Positions 48,179 to 61,592 of a DNA stretch of 64,000 nt are shown here, in pieces. A program made the translations under genes and the position numbers. A model generated the notes under the pieces. It was given only the letters and a program-made list of their open reading frames with translations. It made no database searches and had not been told where the DNA came from. The stretch spans positions 3,231,401-3,295,400 of the forward strand of contig BQFW01000008.1 of assembly GCA_020891255.1 (NCBI GenBank), read 5' to 3'. How positions within the stretch are numbered: the first letter of the stretch is position 1; every line of letters starts with the position of its first letter. Source of the DNA: Entomortierella parvispora E1425 (taxonomy: Eukaryota > Fungi > Mortierellomycota).

Positions 48179-48871
48179 ACCCCTATTTTAGAAAATATAC
48201 CATCGAGCCGTGCCTGAATTGCTCTTTTCCTTGTATCTATTTTCGATGCCCTGTTTTAACGCGTACAACGACCACAATTGCCCAAGCAGAGCTTGCCGTG
48301 CAAAGCCTGGTGCACAGAGAAAACAAAGGACGGACTTTGGAGCCCTCTATAGGATGATTGGTATGCCCTGTCGACAATCAAACTTATATTTGTGGAGGAG
48401 GATGCCGGGTAACTGGTTTTTGTTTTGAACCAAAAAGTCAAACGTTCAAAAGAGTTTTGGGCCGCTCAGCCCTTTTTTCGCTGGGTTTTTTTTTCTTTTT
48501 TGATCTTGAAAAAGGGTTTCAGCCTCCTCAGCCCGACCGGTGCCCATTCGACCCAATATTGTTGGATGCCATGTCATGTCATAGATTCGGAAACTCGTAG
48601 TCGAAACTCGTAGTCGAGCAGGAGCGCGATTCTGGTTTTTTGTCAATTGTTGCAATTGAGATACAGTACATACACTGAGAATTGGGGCAGGTGTTTCCAA
48701 GAGCCCAAAAGCTGTGGTTACTTTACTGTCACTTTGAACCACAACTGTTTCGAGGCATTAACAACAAAGTTATGTTTGATGATGATAAAAAAGATTATTA
48801 TTACAGTTGTTGTGCAATGGGTATGATACAAAGGAGTAAATGTGAAGAGGTAGTGAGGGAGAGAGGGCTCT

Positions 48872-51229
48872 TCAAGATTGCTCGGCGTAGGTGTTGTGGC
48901 CGAACCAGTTCTCGCCAACTCTTGGGCACTGGTCGATCGAGGATGAATTGTTACCCCACCATTGGGGCATCTTGATGTTGTTGTTTTGGAGTGCAAAGAA
49001 AATCACCAAGGCAGATATGGCGACACCGGCATCCAAGGCGGCGGACATGACATAGTTGTACTTTGACCACCATCCGAAGTGTCTGCGCTTGATCACAAAG
49101 TTGAAGATGAAACCGATCAAGGCCCAAGTGGGCATGATGGAGGTGCCAGCAGGGGGGTATGGGCCACCACCAAGCATGAACGCGGCCATGTTGACATCCT
49201 TCACCCATGAGTTGGGGTACTTGCGTGCGAGCAAGTAGAAGGGGACGGGGAGCACAAAGCCGATGAAGAAGAACCACACGATAGGGTAGTACATCGAAGA
49301 AGGCGAGAGGAACTTGAGAGGGCCGACGACACCCCACACGATAGACGAGGCGCCAAAGAGGGAAGCCGAGGGGCAAGTAAAAGGATAGGCGGCTGGTGTG
49401 CAAATGTCATCGATGGAGGTCATCAAATACGTCGTTGTGCCCATCGAGACCAAAGCAGCCAAAAAGGTGCCGACCATCTGGAAGATAAACATGTCTCTTG
49501 GAGGAACCTTCATGTAGTGTCCGAGCTTGAGGTCCTGAGTGAAGAGGATGGCCTGCTGAACCGTGATAAAGCCATAGGTCTTGAAGATCATGTTTCCAAT
49601 GGGCCTACCAGGCGAGATCACACCAAACACCCATTCTGAGATCATGGAAATCGAGGGAGCCTGGGAAGTGATGGCAGTCAAGATACCGACAGGCAGGGTC
49701 CAGATAGCGGCCAGTCCCATGGCAACAAGAACGTGCCACCAGGTCATGTCACTGGAAGGGTACAATTCCACAGTAAGGATAGAGAGACCGCAGGCAAGGA
49801 CAAACGTAGCGGCATACCACCAGTCAGGGCATTCAGGGTAGTGATCCATCAAACGAGCATGGATGTCCTCGTCCTTCTGCTTGGCACTGCGAATTCGCTT
49901 CCAAATATCCTTGCCGTGGTAGAGCAAAGCGTGAGAGACAATGGCACCCAGAGCGCAGAGTCCCTGACCATACATGGTTGCAAAAAAGGCGGTGATGCGA
50001 ACAGGAGAATAGGCATCGTACTTCTCCTCATCCAAAGCGTTATTGACGAGGACTCGGCTGAGGTTGTAAGGTTGGCCGACATTGTCGTAGGTATTGGTGT
50101 TGTAAATGGGAAACAGCTTTCCATCATACCTGTTCGTATAGTACATGATGGGGATCAGAATCCACACAAAGAAGACAAAGCCGGCGAGCATGTTGGCCTG
50201 AGCCCACCAAGGGATGGCGAGGGGTGAGGGCAACCAAGCGGACATCGAGGACCAGTCGAGGGTAAACGATCCATATCCAATGCCATTGAGTCCCGAGCCA
50301 AGCTGGTTCAGAAGAAGTGAGTCTCTGTTGATCCAGCAGACCCAACTGATGGAGGTCAAAAGGGGGAAAATGTAGCCTGGTAACCAGTAGTACACAAACA
50401 TGGCTGCAGAGACGAGGAAGAAGAACATGTTTCTTGACATTGTCCAGGAGGTGGCCTCGTCAACGTTTGGGCTCCTGAGAGTACCATTGCCAGCGTTGCG
50501 ACGGTGGAGTGTGTGGAAAAGAGTGGCGTTGACCAGGTTGACGGGCCAGACCATGGCCGCAGGGCGGACCAAAAAGCGTCTAAGGGCTCCAGCGAAACCA
50601 TAGCCGACAAACTGGGTAGAGAGGACCAAGAGCAAGCCACCACCAAAGCCCCAGCTGTCGTGGTAGTAAAGCTCCTGAATAACGATGATGTCAATGGCGG
50701 CAAAAGTGGTCGCTCCGGTGTTGGCCATGATGGTGATCAAGACATGCTCTTTGATGTTGAAAGGCCCAGGGTTGAGGGAGAACTTCCAACCAAAGATCGA
50801 GTAAGTCCGGGTGGGGAGAATGCGGGCCATAAAAGAGCCCAAAGGGTAAGCGAGCAATTGAGCGACCATGACACGGATGGTCAGAGGGTTATCGCGGAAC
50901 CAGAAGAACTGATTCACAAAGGCCAGCACCAAAGTGAAGAAGATGCCGAGAAACCATGCACGGAAGGTCTTTGTTGGGAGAGAAGTGTCATCTGTTGGAG
51001 GAACTGAGGCACGAACTTCGAGAATAGGCTGCAAAAAGGAGGAAAGGAGAGGGGCTACGGGTTAGGGCCTGTTCATATCCCTGACGGAGGGGAGAAGGAG
51101 AGAAAATGTCCGCCAGCTTACCGAGTCATCGACTTCGTCAAGACTGTCGATGGATAGAGCCTTCTCGTTCAGAGAGAGGGCGTCGACAACGTCAACTTTG
51201 CCTTCTTTCCGGTCAACTATTGCCGCCAT
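48872..51229 (-). CDS. OPT-family oligopeptide transporter (Isp4/OPT1-like)
   Basis: DDS/PILEVRASV (SPYxEVRxxV-like motif); NPGPFNIKEHVLITIM; LFTQDLKLGHYMKVPPR; KYNYVMSAALDAG; one intron near the start. Confidence 0.95.
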
Positions 51230-52619
51230 GATATATGGTATGTTTGTGAGGGATGCTGTCGTGGAAGTGAGGCAGAGAGGAGAGTGAAGGAGGGTGAGGA
51301 TGAGAGAGGGAGAGAGGGAGAGAGGGAGAGAGGGAAGGAGAGACAGAGAAAATATGAACAAAGAGAGTGAGGGACACAAAAAAATTAGAGGGAGGACTGT
51401 GGGGAGAAAGAAAAAAGCACGCAGACACATCTCTCCTTTTTATACGAGTAGTTTCATTCACGCGATCAAAACCGATGTTGCTCCAGACAATGATAGATAT
51501 CCTTTTGACCCCTCAACAGCCAAGAAAGAGTCGCGATCGCATCATCCACATCAACGTCCGCTTCCATGTCAAAAGGGGGTAATCTCTGGCCTATCACGTC
51601 CGTCGGCCGTCGATACTCCGCCGATCCGTGTTAGAAATCGACTGAAAATTTTATTTTATTCTCCTTTGGCCCTTTTCCCGGTCCATTTGCTGTTCGCTGA
51701 CTGGCCAGAGACCTGGCAAGTGCGACAATGCCCGCACTGGCGCCTTCTAAGCTGGCAAGATGGCGTGCTCGTTACACTGCCAGCTACCCTTATTATTAAT
51801 AATGGCGTGCTTGTTTGGTACTCCTACAATACACAGGTTCCTCCTCCTGCTGCTGAGGATGGACGTGTGCCTTACACGGACTGCCAGGGAATATGTTCGG
51901 TATAAGCTACTCCACTCCAGGCGGCCCTGTTTCCAGAGTCGTCCGTTGTACCTGTATTAGTATTGTTTCTTCCAGCAGGGCATATACGCAATATAGCTCG
52001 CGCCTCAAAAGACACCCCCTTTTTTTTACAGTCATCATTGAGGCTGTTGCCACTAGAGCCAAGTCTGCTGGTTCTGGCTTTGCCGAGGAACTTGCAATTG
52101 ATCGCCTTGAGGGCTCTTGCGGCAACTGACGCCACCAAAAAAAAAAAAAAAAAAAAAAAAGCCCCAGTATTAAGGGGCGACATTGGAATGCTTTGTTGTG
52201 AAAAGTGCTTTGTGTTTTTCATTTTTTTTTTCATCTCTTTCTTTCATCTCTTCATTCCCCCATCCAACCAATCCTTCCGTTGAAGTTAGATCTCAAAAGG
52301 TACTTTGCAGTGAACTTTCTCCTTTTGCCACTCACAGCCTTGGCGCTCCGCCCTGTTCACTGTAGCAATGATGCTTAACGATTAGTCTTTATGATGCCTC
52401 TTCGGAGCAATGGATACAACATACCCATACCCTGAGCCACAAACAACAACAGAAACGATGTGTATTAATTACATGATCAATCGTTTATTCTTGGCTTTTG
52501 CAGAAACCTGACATTTCCTTTGTTTCTCTCTGTTCTTTACAGGTATTTCCCGTTTTCGTCGCCCGTTATTTGTTCGTTCCAATAAACATGTATTACAATT
52601 TCACGCTCAAATCGCGTCG

Positions 52620-53022
52620 CTTTCAAAGGAACTTGTTGTCTTCAATGGGCCATTTCCTCTTGTCAATGGGCTGCTGGGTGTCGCGTTTCTCGTCAATCAG
52701 ATCGAGCGATTCGACAACGCCTCCTTGCCCCCTGATCATGTCTTGGTCTTTCTGTTCTTCCGCCTTTCAACCGAGTCGTTGCCCTGTCCACTATGGTTGC
52801 GATTACAGTCGCCCTTTCCTCCTTGTCAGACGACCCTTCCGCCTGTTGCCTCGCTTTGGTCCAGCAAGATCAATTTCGAAAGTTGTTACTGTCGCCCTCA
52901 AACCACTACTTGAGTATCCCTCTCCTTTGCGGTGCCACTGGCAGCTCCATTTCAGCCCTGCCATCGAGGGGGCCCTACTGCCTTATCGAGTGAGGTTGAC
53001 AATGGATGTCTGGATGATCTCG

Positions 53023-53058
<36 letters not shown>

Positions 53059-54720
53059 GTGTGAATGTTGTTGCCCTGCCTGATCGTGTCCCTGTCCTGT
53101 CCCGTCCTCGCGACCCATCAATCCTGCATCCTGTGCGCCAGAAGAGAGTCAATCCAATCTATACGGCCAAATGGGCAGATTAACAATGTTGTCCTTGGTC
53201 CGACAAACTGCCAACTCCCAGAGATCGAGAAACCAGACATGGCACCTTATACTGAGCAAGCCCACATACCAGCATCCATTTTTGAATGTCCCGACGCGCT
53301 TTTGTAAGGCGGCTGCTCGTGCCGATGATCATCGTCTTTCAGCAAGACGCCCAGTTATATTTCTGTCAGTATGGGGTCCAGTCGGGTAGCAACAACGGAG
53401 TCAACAGTTGCTGGACAACGCGCAAGAGCAATGCTGAGGGTAGACTGGGCGATGAGTGCCGAGACGAGTTCTTGGCTTCATTCTGCAGAACATGAAGGTA
53501 TCGCTGACGCTGTCCAATGAATCGGAGGAATGAAAGGTCGGCATCTACAACAAGCACGATTAATGCCGTACCCGACGATGGATGGACTGGGACATGACCG
53601 CCGTTTCAGACGCCTGTTGACTTCCCGACATGTTGCTGTTGTTGACGCTGTTCCTCGAAGTGATGAGTGTGTCCAGCACGGCAATTTTCACGGTGCAAGT
53701 CCAGGGTGGAGCAGAAGAAGGAACAAAAGAAATGAGGAACCTTTTTTTTTTTTTTTTTTTTTCCTCCCCTCAATCCAGCATGCACTGCTTCACTACCTCC
53801 TTTTCATTCTTTCTCATTCTCTCGTCCCTTGTCCAGGCCCTTTCCGCTTTATAGATTTTGCCATCATTGCTGAATCATGGGGAGTCGTACTTCTTTGCAT
53901 ACATGAACCGTATTCCCCCTCAACGAGACATCAGTCTGCTATTGACGACATTCTCCAAAGCGTTGCAACGGACAGGTTCCTTGCGGGGTATTCACTCTGG
54001 ACTCCTGGATTCTGACGACCCGCCGATCATTATCCCACAGGCAGTTGCGATCCAACCCTCGAAAAGGATCCTCTATCTTCACTGAAGATACCATCGCCAG
54101 GTAACGCCACATCTTTCCTTTTGATGTTGAAAGGACGGTCGTGAAAAGTACTGATGTTTTCATCCCTTCTGCTCTCTGGACTCTAGATTCTTCGAACTTG
54201 GACTATTTACTCGCAATCACACTACCATTGTTTGATACTGAGCACAGTAGCTCCGGCAGGGTACGCCCGATAGTTCGCCTGCTGTCCTTGCGGCTATTCT
54301 AAGGATCAGGGACATCTACTTGGAAGACGGGATTCTTCAGGAAGTTGCCACGCCTGCTTTCAGATGGATGAGATTGAGCCCTTGTCAAGGACGAGGCTGA
54401 TCATATTCACTGGAATGCGGTGTGGAGAGTCCACATTCTGTACCTTGTGCGGGGTTTTCAGCGATCGTATATGGCTAACTTGTCTCTTCAGCATTTTCGT
54501 CAAGCGTGGCATCGCGTTTTCTCTTAATCTTGGACGGGCCACAAAGGGTCTATGTTTGGTTGTAAGGAGCGATCGAGCTAGACTTCGGATATTGGCACAG
54601 GAATTCGGCTAGCCAGTTTGTCGTGTGAAGACCAGAGGCCCTCTTGCGATTTCAAGACCGATTTCGTCCCTTCGCATCCACTGCCAGGAACATGCACCCT
54701 CCTGGATAGCCTCCCCTCAA
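52620..54720 (-). mobile_element. Degenerate non-LTR (LINE, L1/Tx1-like) ORF2 3' relic
   Basis: Stop- and frameshift-riddled frames resembling the post-RT and zf-RVT region: SI*KQAWQLP; DPFRGLDRNCLWDN; GINRACCRCRPFIP...PSCSAE*; RVVQQLL..PDWTPY*..NWA; WMLVCGLAQY. Interrupted by long T tracts. Similarity judged by eye only. Confidence 0.4.
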
Positions 54721-54797
54721 TGTCACATTATTGAAGATTTCGATGAGGATGATTTTTTTTTATTCTTTGGTGAATGATGGCAGGCAAGGCAGCAGTC

Positions 54798-57700
54798 TTA
54801 GGCCATGGTTCTGCGCTTTACAAACTTGTATGTTTCCACGAAGGCAGTGTAAATAAACAGCATACCAAAGACAAGACCCCACTCGTACGAGATACCCTCA
54901 TGCTTGAAAACATTCTTGTTCAGGCCAGGGACATATATCACTGGGAAGAGGATCATGGCTCCAATGACAATGGCTAACCAGAGAGTCTTGTTCTGTTGCG
55001 CAGTCTTGAGGCGGCTCCATTGCCAGCCGGACTGGCGGATGTCGCGGCAGTTGATCGCATGCGAGAGGATCAGAAAAGTCAAGGTGGCGTAACATGTTGC
55101 ACGAGCGCGAAATACACCATCACAGATCTCAGAGTAGGTTACGTTGCATTTGTATCCAAGTTCGCCGTTCTCGAAAACAAAGAGCACGAGGATGAAGGGA
55201 ACAAACGACAGAACTGCCATGGCAATTCCGTAAACAAACATGTCCATCAAGACCTCGAACGAAAATAAACCTTGCTTGGAAGTGCGAGGAGGTTCCGTCA
55301 TGTTCGTTTCACTGGCAGGCTCAAGACCCAAACCGATGGCTGGTGGGGAAGAGTAACAAAGGTTCATGAACAGAATGGCAGCAGCACTCAAGGGAAAGAC
55401 AGAGTCTTGCTGCTTATCCTTGATAGCCAAAGAAACCACCAGAACGAGGATGGTCGCAATGTTTCCAGACATCAGATGCTGGACAAATTTTTGGATATTG
55501 AAGAACATGCGACGGCCCTCGGCGATTGCTTCAACAATTGTGGCAAAGTTGTCGTCAGTAAGAACAATATCAGCGGCTTGCTTGGCAACATCGGACCCAG
55601 ACTGACCCATGGCAATGCCAACGTTGGCCGCCTTGAGCGAAGGAGAGTCGTTAACGCCATCTCCCGTCATGGCGGCGAAAAGATTCCGTCTGTGAAGAGC
55701 GGCAATCATCTTGACTTTGGTATTGGGCGAGCATCGAGCGACAACACGAGGAAGTTCATTCAAAGCGTCGATTTGGTCGTCAGACATAGCATCAAATTTG
55801 TCGGCACTCATGACCATAGAGCTGTTCTTGATGTCGGTATCGGCAGGGATTATGGCAACTTCCTTGGCGATCGCCGCTGCAGTGGAGGGGTGGTCACCGG
55901 TGAGCATGTGAACTCGGATGCCTGCCTCATAACACTTCATCACGGCTGGAAGAGATTCGGCACGAGGGGGATCATAGATACCAATCAGGCCCAAAAAAAC
56001 CAGATTCGACTCGACATCATCGCGATCCAGGCCATGAACAAGATCCGTGCCAGGGGTAGGGTGGAACTTGCGGTAAGAGACCGACAAAACACGGAGACCC
56101 TGTTCAGCCAAATGGTCGACTCTCTCCATAACGGTGGAAACAAAGTCAGAATGGATGGCATCAGACTTTTCCTTGAATGGGATTTCCGCTTCTCCGTCGC
56201 GGTAGTGGCTGCAGCATGCAAGAATCCTTTCTGTGGCGCCTTTGGTGAAAATCAGGTGCTCAGTATCTTTCTTCTTGTTACTGGAGGGGGCCTTATACAA
56301 CACAGACATACGTTTGACAGCGGAATCAAATGGGAACTCAGTAATGAGTTGAAAGCCGTCCTCAACCAGCTCGGGTTTTGGCATTCCAGCTTTGTGCGCT
56401 AGTACCTGGAGCGCAATCTCTGTGGGGTCGCCAATGGCTGTCCATTCACCATGGGTCTCTGGATGGTTGGCACGGCGGAGTTCAGCCATGTTACAGAGAG
56501 CTGATGCTTGGAAGACACGCAAGAGCTGTTCGGTACTTGACTCGGGGGTAATTCTTTCTTCTTGAGCATGGAGGTTGCTGTCATTGGGTTCGCCCTGACG
56601 AAGGATATCGCCTGCGGGAGCGAATCCAGTCCCAGTCATACGGTAGTAACCATCGTCAGGGAGCCACATGCGAACTGCCACCATCTTGGATTGAGTCAAT
56701 GTGCCAGTCTAACGGGCCATATAATTCCATCAATGAATGTCAATAAAAAAAAAATCGCATGAAATTTGAGCCTTTCGCAAGAATGTCAATGAAGTGGCCA
56801 CGAACCTTGTCTGAGCAGATGTTGGTAACAGCACCCAAACTCTCGAGAGATGACAGGCGACGAACGATGGCCTTGGCTTTAGCCATGCGACTGACACCAA
56901 AGGCCATCGTCAATGTGACGATGGCCACCAAGCCTTGAGGGATCATGGAAATGGCAACGGATATCGCGTAGATTGCGATTTCATTGCTGTAGTGGAACTT
57001 GTGCACGGCGAAGACCACGATGACCAAGACCACAGCTGCAACGAATATGAAGTAGGCCATCTTGTTCAGACGTTTCTGCAATGGGGTCAACTCGTTGGTA
57101 TCAACGTTCATGAGAGTAGTTGCGATTTTGCCGATCTGCGTTCCCATTCCGGTGGTGGTCACGATGCCCTTAGCACGACCTTTGACGACGGTGGTCGAGG
57201 CAAAGACCATGTTCAAGCGATCGCCCAGAGATTGCTCCGCATTCTTGATCACATCCAGCGTTTTCATGACAGGCAGTGATTCGCCAGTGAGAAGAGCTTC
57301 GTCTGTTTCAAGGTTGAACACTTCCAAGAGCCGACAGTCGGCGCCGATCACGGCACCGTCCTCAAAGATCATGATGTCGCCTGGGACTACTTGACTGTTG
57401 GGGATGACAATGCGGGATTCGTCGCGAATAACTTGAGATGTGGGCGAAGACATATTGCGGAGTGCATCCATGGTCTGCTCGGCGCTGAAGTCCTGGTAGA
57501 AGCCGATGGTCGCATTCATGATGATGATGAATAGGATGACCCCTCCTTCAGGAAACTGCTTTGTTGCGAAAGCAAGGATCTATACATATATAAAAAAAAT
57601 AGGAGTTAGTTTTTTCAACTTTTTTCAATTGAGAAAGACAGGGGCAACCATATGGATGCAAAATTCAAATTCTTACATTGGCAATGAGAAGGACGACAAC

Positions 57701-57913
57701 GAGAGGGTTGGCAACCTGACGCCAAAGGACTTTGTACCATAAAACACCGCCGCTGCCTTTGAGCTCATTTGTGCCATGGAGACGAATGCGGACAGCTGCC
57801 TCCTCTGAGGTAAGACCCTCAATGATGTTGCTTTTGAGGTGAGCCTCAGTCTCCGAGATGGTGTATGTGTGGTAAGGAACCTCCGGCTGGAGGTCGACAA
57901 TATTTTGGGTCAT
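54798..57913 (-). CDS. ENA1: P-type IID Na+/K+-efflux ATPase (ENA1-like); last intact gene before the telomere
   Basis: ETDEALLTGES; NICSDK/TGTLT (split by an intron); GDPTEIAL; MLTGDH; AMTGDGVNDSPSL; IQKFVQHLMSGN; MNLCYSSPPAIGLGLE typical of type IID. Confidence 0.92.
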
Positions 57914-58251
57914 AGTGTAAATGGAACTTCCGACAGTACAAAATGAGGAGATTGGGGGAGGGCGTGCAATCGCAGGGTAGGGAGTACAAGCGGATGATGA
58001 TGGAGATGGAAGTATGAAAGAGAAAGAGAGGAAAAGAGAAGGTGTGGAGACGAATACCACATATATATCTTTTCATGGTGTGTTGCACCGGCGGACAACG
58101 GCGAAAGGGAATGATGATGGCGGAACCCATGGAATGTCTTACAAGAAAGGTTTGCTAAAAGGTTCCTGTTTTTGGTGCGCAATGGAGCTCCCGGAGGGGC
58201 AATTGCGGTATGTCTTCCGGGAACGGAAAGCAAAACGGAAATAAACAAAAC

Positions 58252-58337
58252 GACTTAGCCCATCCGACCTTGACGACTCAGGTGACGTGAGCTGGTTCCA
58301 GCGGACTTAGCCCAGACGACAAAAACTCAGGTGACGT
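58252..58337. promoter_or_regulatory. Duplicated two-motif module upstream of ENA1 containing CRE-like TGACGT sites
   Basis: GACTTAGCCCA at 58252 and 58304; ACTCAGGTGACGT at 58276 and 58325; 340-425 bp upstream of the ENA1 ATG. Confidence 0.45.
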
Positions 58338-59000
58338 TTGACTGGTTCAACGCGCGATCGAAATTAGAGTTAAGGTGGTCGACCCCGCACGTCCCACCAG
58401 TACGTTTCACAACAGAATGGCGCTGCAGAGCGAAAAAAAAAGGGCCAGAAAAAAGGCACCTTCTTTTCAGATCCAGCGGTTCGGGAAAGGGTGATCATCC
58501 CACGAGACAACGATCAATCCGATAAATAGGTTGGATCAGGGAGGAGAGAAAGGCATTTCCGCGAAGGGGGCCGTCGACGGCTGCATGGGCTAGAAGAGTA
58601 TTCGATGTTTGGAAAGAATCCTACAGGCCGAGAGGTCGAAAGCAGGTTCATGCAGCGACAAGAGTTTGTGTTCACAGGTCAATGGCGGTGAGAGAAGAAT
58701 GAATGCCAACATTGCGGTCGATGAATGAAGATCATGGCAGTCAGGAAGAATGAAGGTCGGTGAATGAAGCTAATGATGGCCAATGTAGGTTTAATGTCGA
58801 CGAGCAAAAGCCAACGTCGGCGAAGGGAACAATGTTGTTGGAGGAAGGGTGCAGAGGTGAAGGGCGGAAAAAAACAGGAGAGAAATCAAAGAGGGGGGAA
58901 TGATCATGCCTGCGACTAAGCCACTGGACAATGAGGCCAGACGGTGATGTTTGCGGACCCGATGTGTACTCATCCGCAAACTTTCCGAATAGTCGCTGTC

Positions 59001-59056
59001 GTCTCTCACCTCTCTCATCTCTCTCATCTCATCTCTCTCATCTCTCTCATCTCTCT
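59001..59056. repeat. (CTCTCTCAT)n 9-bp degenerate tandem repeat
   Basis: About 5 copies read directly; marks the start of the pyrimidine-rich subtelomeric zone. Confidence 0.8.
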
Positions 59057-60744
59057 GGTCTTCCCCCTATCATCTCTTCCCTCCTCCCATTCGTTTCTGC
59101 CTTCGATTCTCTTTCATATCTTCCTTGTCCTCTCTGATTTCTTTGCGCCTACTGTGGGAGCCGTCTCTTTCTTATAGGTTGCACACTCGCCCAATGCTGA
59201 GATGATACGAATCCTTGACGTGATCTTGGGAAAAAAATGGCGAAGAGAGACCTGCACTTTGTTTTTCTCTCGTCCGCAAAGACCGATCGTTCCCGGAACT
59301 TTTTTTCTGCCTCTCTCCCTTCTCTCCTCACCTCACCTTTTCTCTTTCTCACCTCTCCCCTTCCCTCTTGCTCTTCGTCTCTTCTATTCCTCTTCCTTGT
59401 CTCTTCGCTCTTCTTCCTGTTTTACAGTCCTCTTCCTCTCTTACATTCGCCTCACTCTTACCTTCTTCTCCATCTCTCTTACATCTCTCTTTCATTTGTA
59501 GCATCTAACTCGCTCCCTACATCCAATTCATCTCTTGTTCCTTGGATAAAGTGAAAAATTGGCCTCATCCTCAGTTCTGGCATCCTTGACATCCTGCATC
59601 CAGTTTGCATTAGATGTGTAGACATGAGCACGCAAGTGCAGAGCTGAGTTCTCATAGACGACCAATTGATTCCCCTCATCCAATCTCGGGAGAGCGAGCA
59701 GCAAGGTGATAGCGCGTCTGAGTGACCACTGTCAGACTGCCAGACTCAAAGGACAGGAAGACAGACTCAGCTCCCACTCTTTGTAATTGTCGGAAGCATG
59801 GCCAAGAAAAAACTCGCAGGTGGAGGAGAACCTGCACAATATAGCTAGCGCAGCGAAAGTTGACTCACTCGAGGATCTCAGTCGAGTCGTCCCGGTTCTC
59901 TCCAAAACTTGGACAAAAATAAGTACGTGAAGGCAGAGCACCGCGGGTGAGTGAGCAAGCAGGAAGGAAAGGAAGTGATTTTTTTTAAAAAAAGAACCAC
60001 TTTGCACCGTTCACTGACAACACTCGTTCCCTTTCTCATCCGGTTTTGCAACAGCAGTGAAGGAGGCTATCAGCAATGGGCAGTCTCATCGTTGCTTCCC
60101 AATTTGTCATTTTGTCATTTCAACCTGGGGGAACTGCACCTCAGATCGTTACAACTTCCATTGTGCCCTGTTGTCTCCATCCTGGACCCAATGAAGCAAC
60201 TGTCACAGTCCATGTCTGAAGTGAACTGTAGCTGAAAGATGAGTATGCAAGAAGGTGGATGGAGGAGGATTCGTGCCATTGACTTATAACCGGAGCCATA
60301 GTCTTTCTCTTGTCGAGGCAGATGCCTTTGGCTTCAGAGTCACAGGGGACTTAAAAAGATTGCACCGACAAATGCACGTCGCGTTCCGACGCACTTGCTG
60401 CAGGACCAGTGGACAATTGACTCTACAACATACTGTAGCGACTCTCTCTCGGTTCCCTCAGGGTGCAAATGCCCAGGCAAGAATGATCTGAAAATCCTAC
60501 TCTCCAGGCTGGGGCAAGAAAAAAAAGACAGAAAACTGTTGATACTTCTTAAAAAATCAAGTCGACCAATGTCCTCTTGTTTTTGACGCGTTGATCCAGC
60601 CCTCTCCCTGCGGCGCAATGTTGCGTTGCCCGACTGTTGCAACTATCTCACATCAGGGTTAACATGTCTATCCAAGGGAGGAGTAATTCTTGGAAGGGCA
60701 GTTTTCAGCTGCTGGCGAAAAAAGAAACCATGCCTCCTGTTTTT

Positions 60745-61590
60745 GTTCTCTTGACGAACGTCTCTTTTCTTCTCTTTCCTCTTGTTCATCTCTTTTCTCT
60801 CTTGCTTGTCTCTCTTTTCGGTCTTCCGTCTTGCTCGTCTCTCTCTTCTCTCTTGCTCATCTCTTCTTCCGCCCTGTCCCTCTCCTCTTTTCCCTCTTTC
60901 TCTTCTCTTCTCTTCCGTCTTGTTCCTCTCGTCTTCCCTATCTTCTCTTCTTTCTTGCTCCACCGTTTTCTTCCTCTTATTTTCTTTTGCTGATGTTTTC
61001 TTTTCTCTTAAACTTGTCAACTGTCCCTCTCTTCTTCTCTCTCCCTTCTTTCCTTTCTTCTCTTCCCTCTTGATCGTCTTTCGTCTTCTCATCTCTCTTG
61101 TTCGTCAGTCTTGATCATTTCTTGTCTTCACTCTTGCACTTTTTGGTCGCACGACGTGAGTTTCGTGCTCGTCCACCCTTCCCTCGGGATGACAGCGCAA
61201 AAAAAAAAAAGCACAAAGGGACCCGCAAGGGGGTCGTTTGTCTCAGCTGTTGTTGGATCCGCTGTCCGTCTCTTCTTCTTTTCCCTCTCGTCCCTCTCTT
61301 CCTCTTGTTCCTCCTCCTCTTCTCCCTCTTGTCCCTCCTCTTCGCTTTCCTCTTGTTCCTCCTCTTCTCCTCGCTGTTGTCCCTCCTATTCTCTTTCCTC
61401 CTTTCCTCTTCCCTCCCAAGACCACTGTTCTTTTGGATGGGGCGAGTGCAGCCTCCATTTGTCCAAAAAAAAAAAGGCCGAAGGGGGAGGGAGAAACGGG
61501 CGGTTGTTGTTTGTTGGATGGAGCGTCCGTGAACTTCTGTCTTTTCTCCCGTCTGTCTCCCTCCCTTCTCTTGCCATCTCTCAACCCATC
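60745..61590. repeat. Subtelomeric polypyrimidine (CT-rich) low-complexity tract
   Basis: The + strand is almost entirely C/T over long stretches; this produces the spurious S/L/F-rich and R/E/K-rich ORFs. Confidence 0.85.
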
Positions 61591-61592
61591 CT

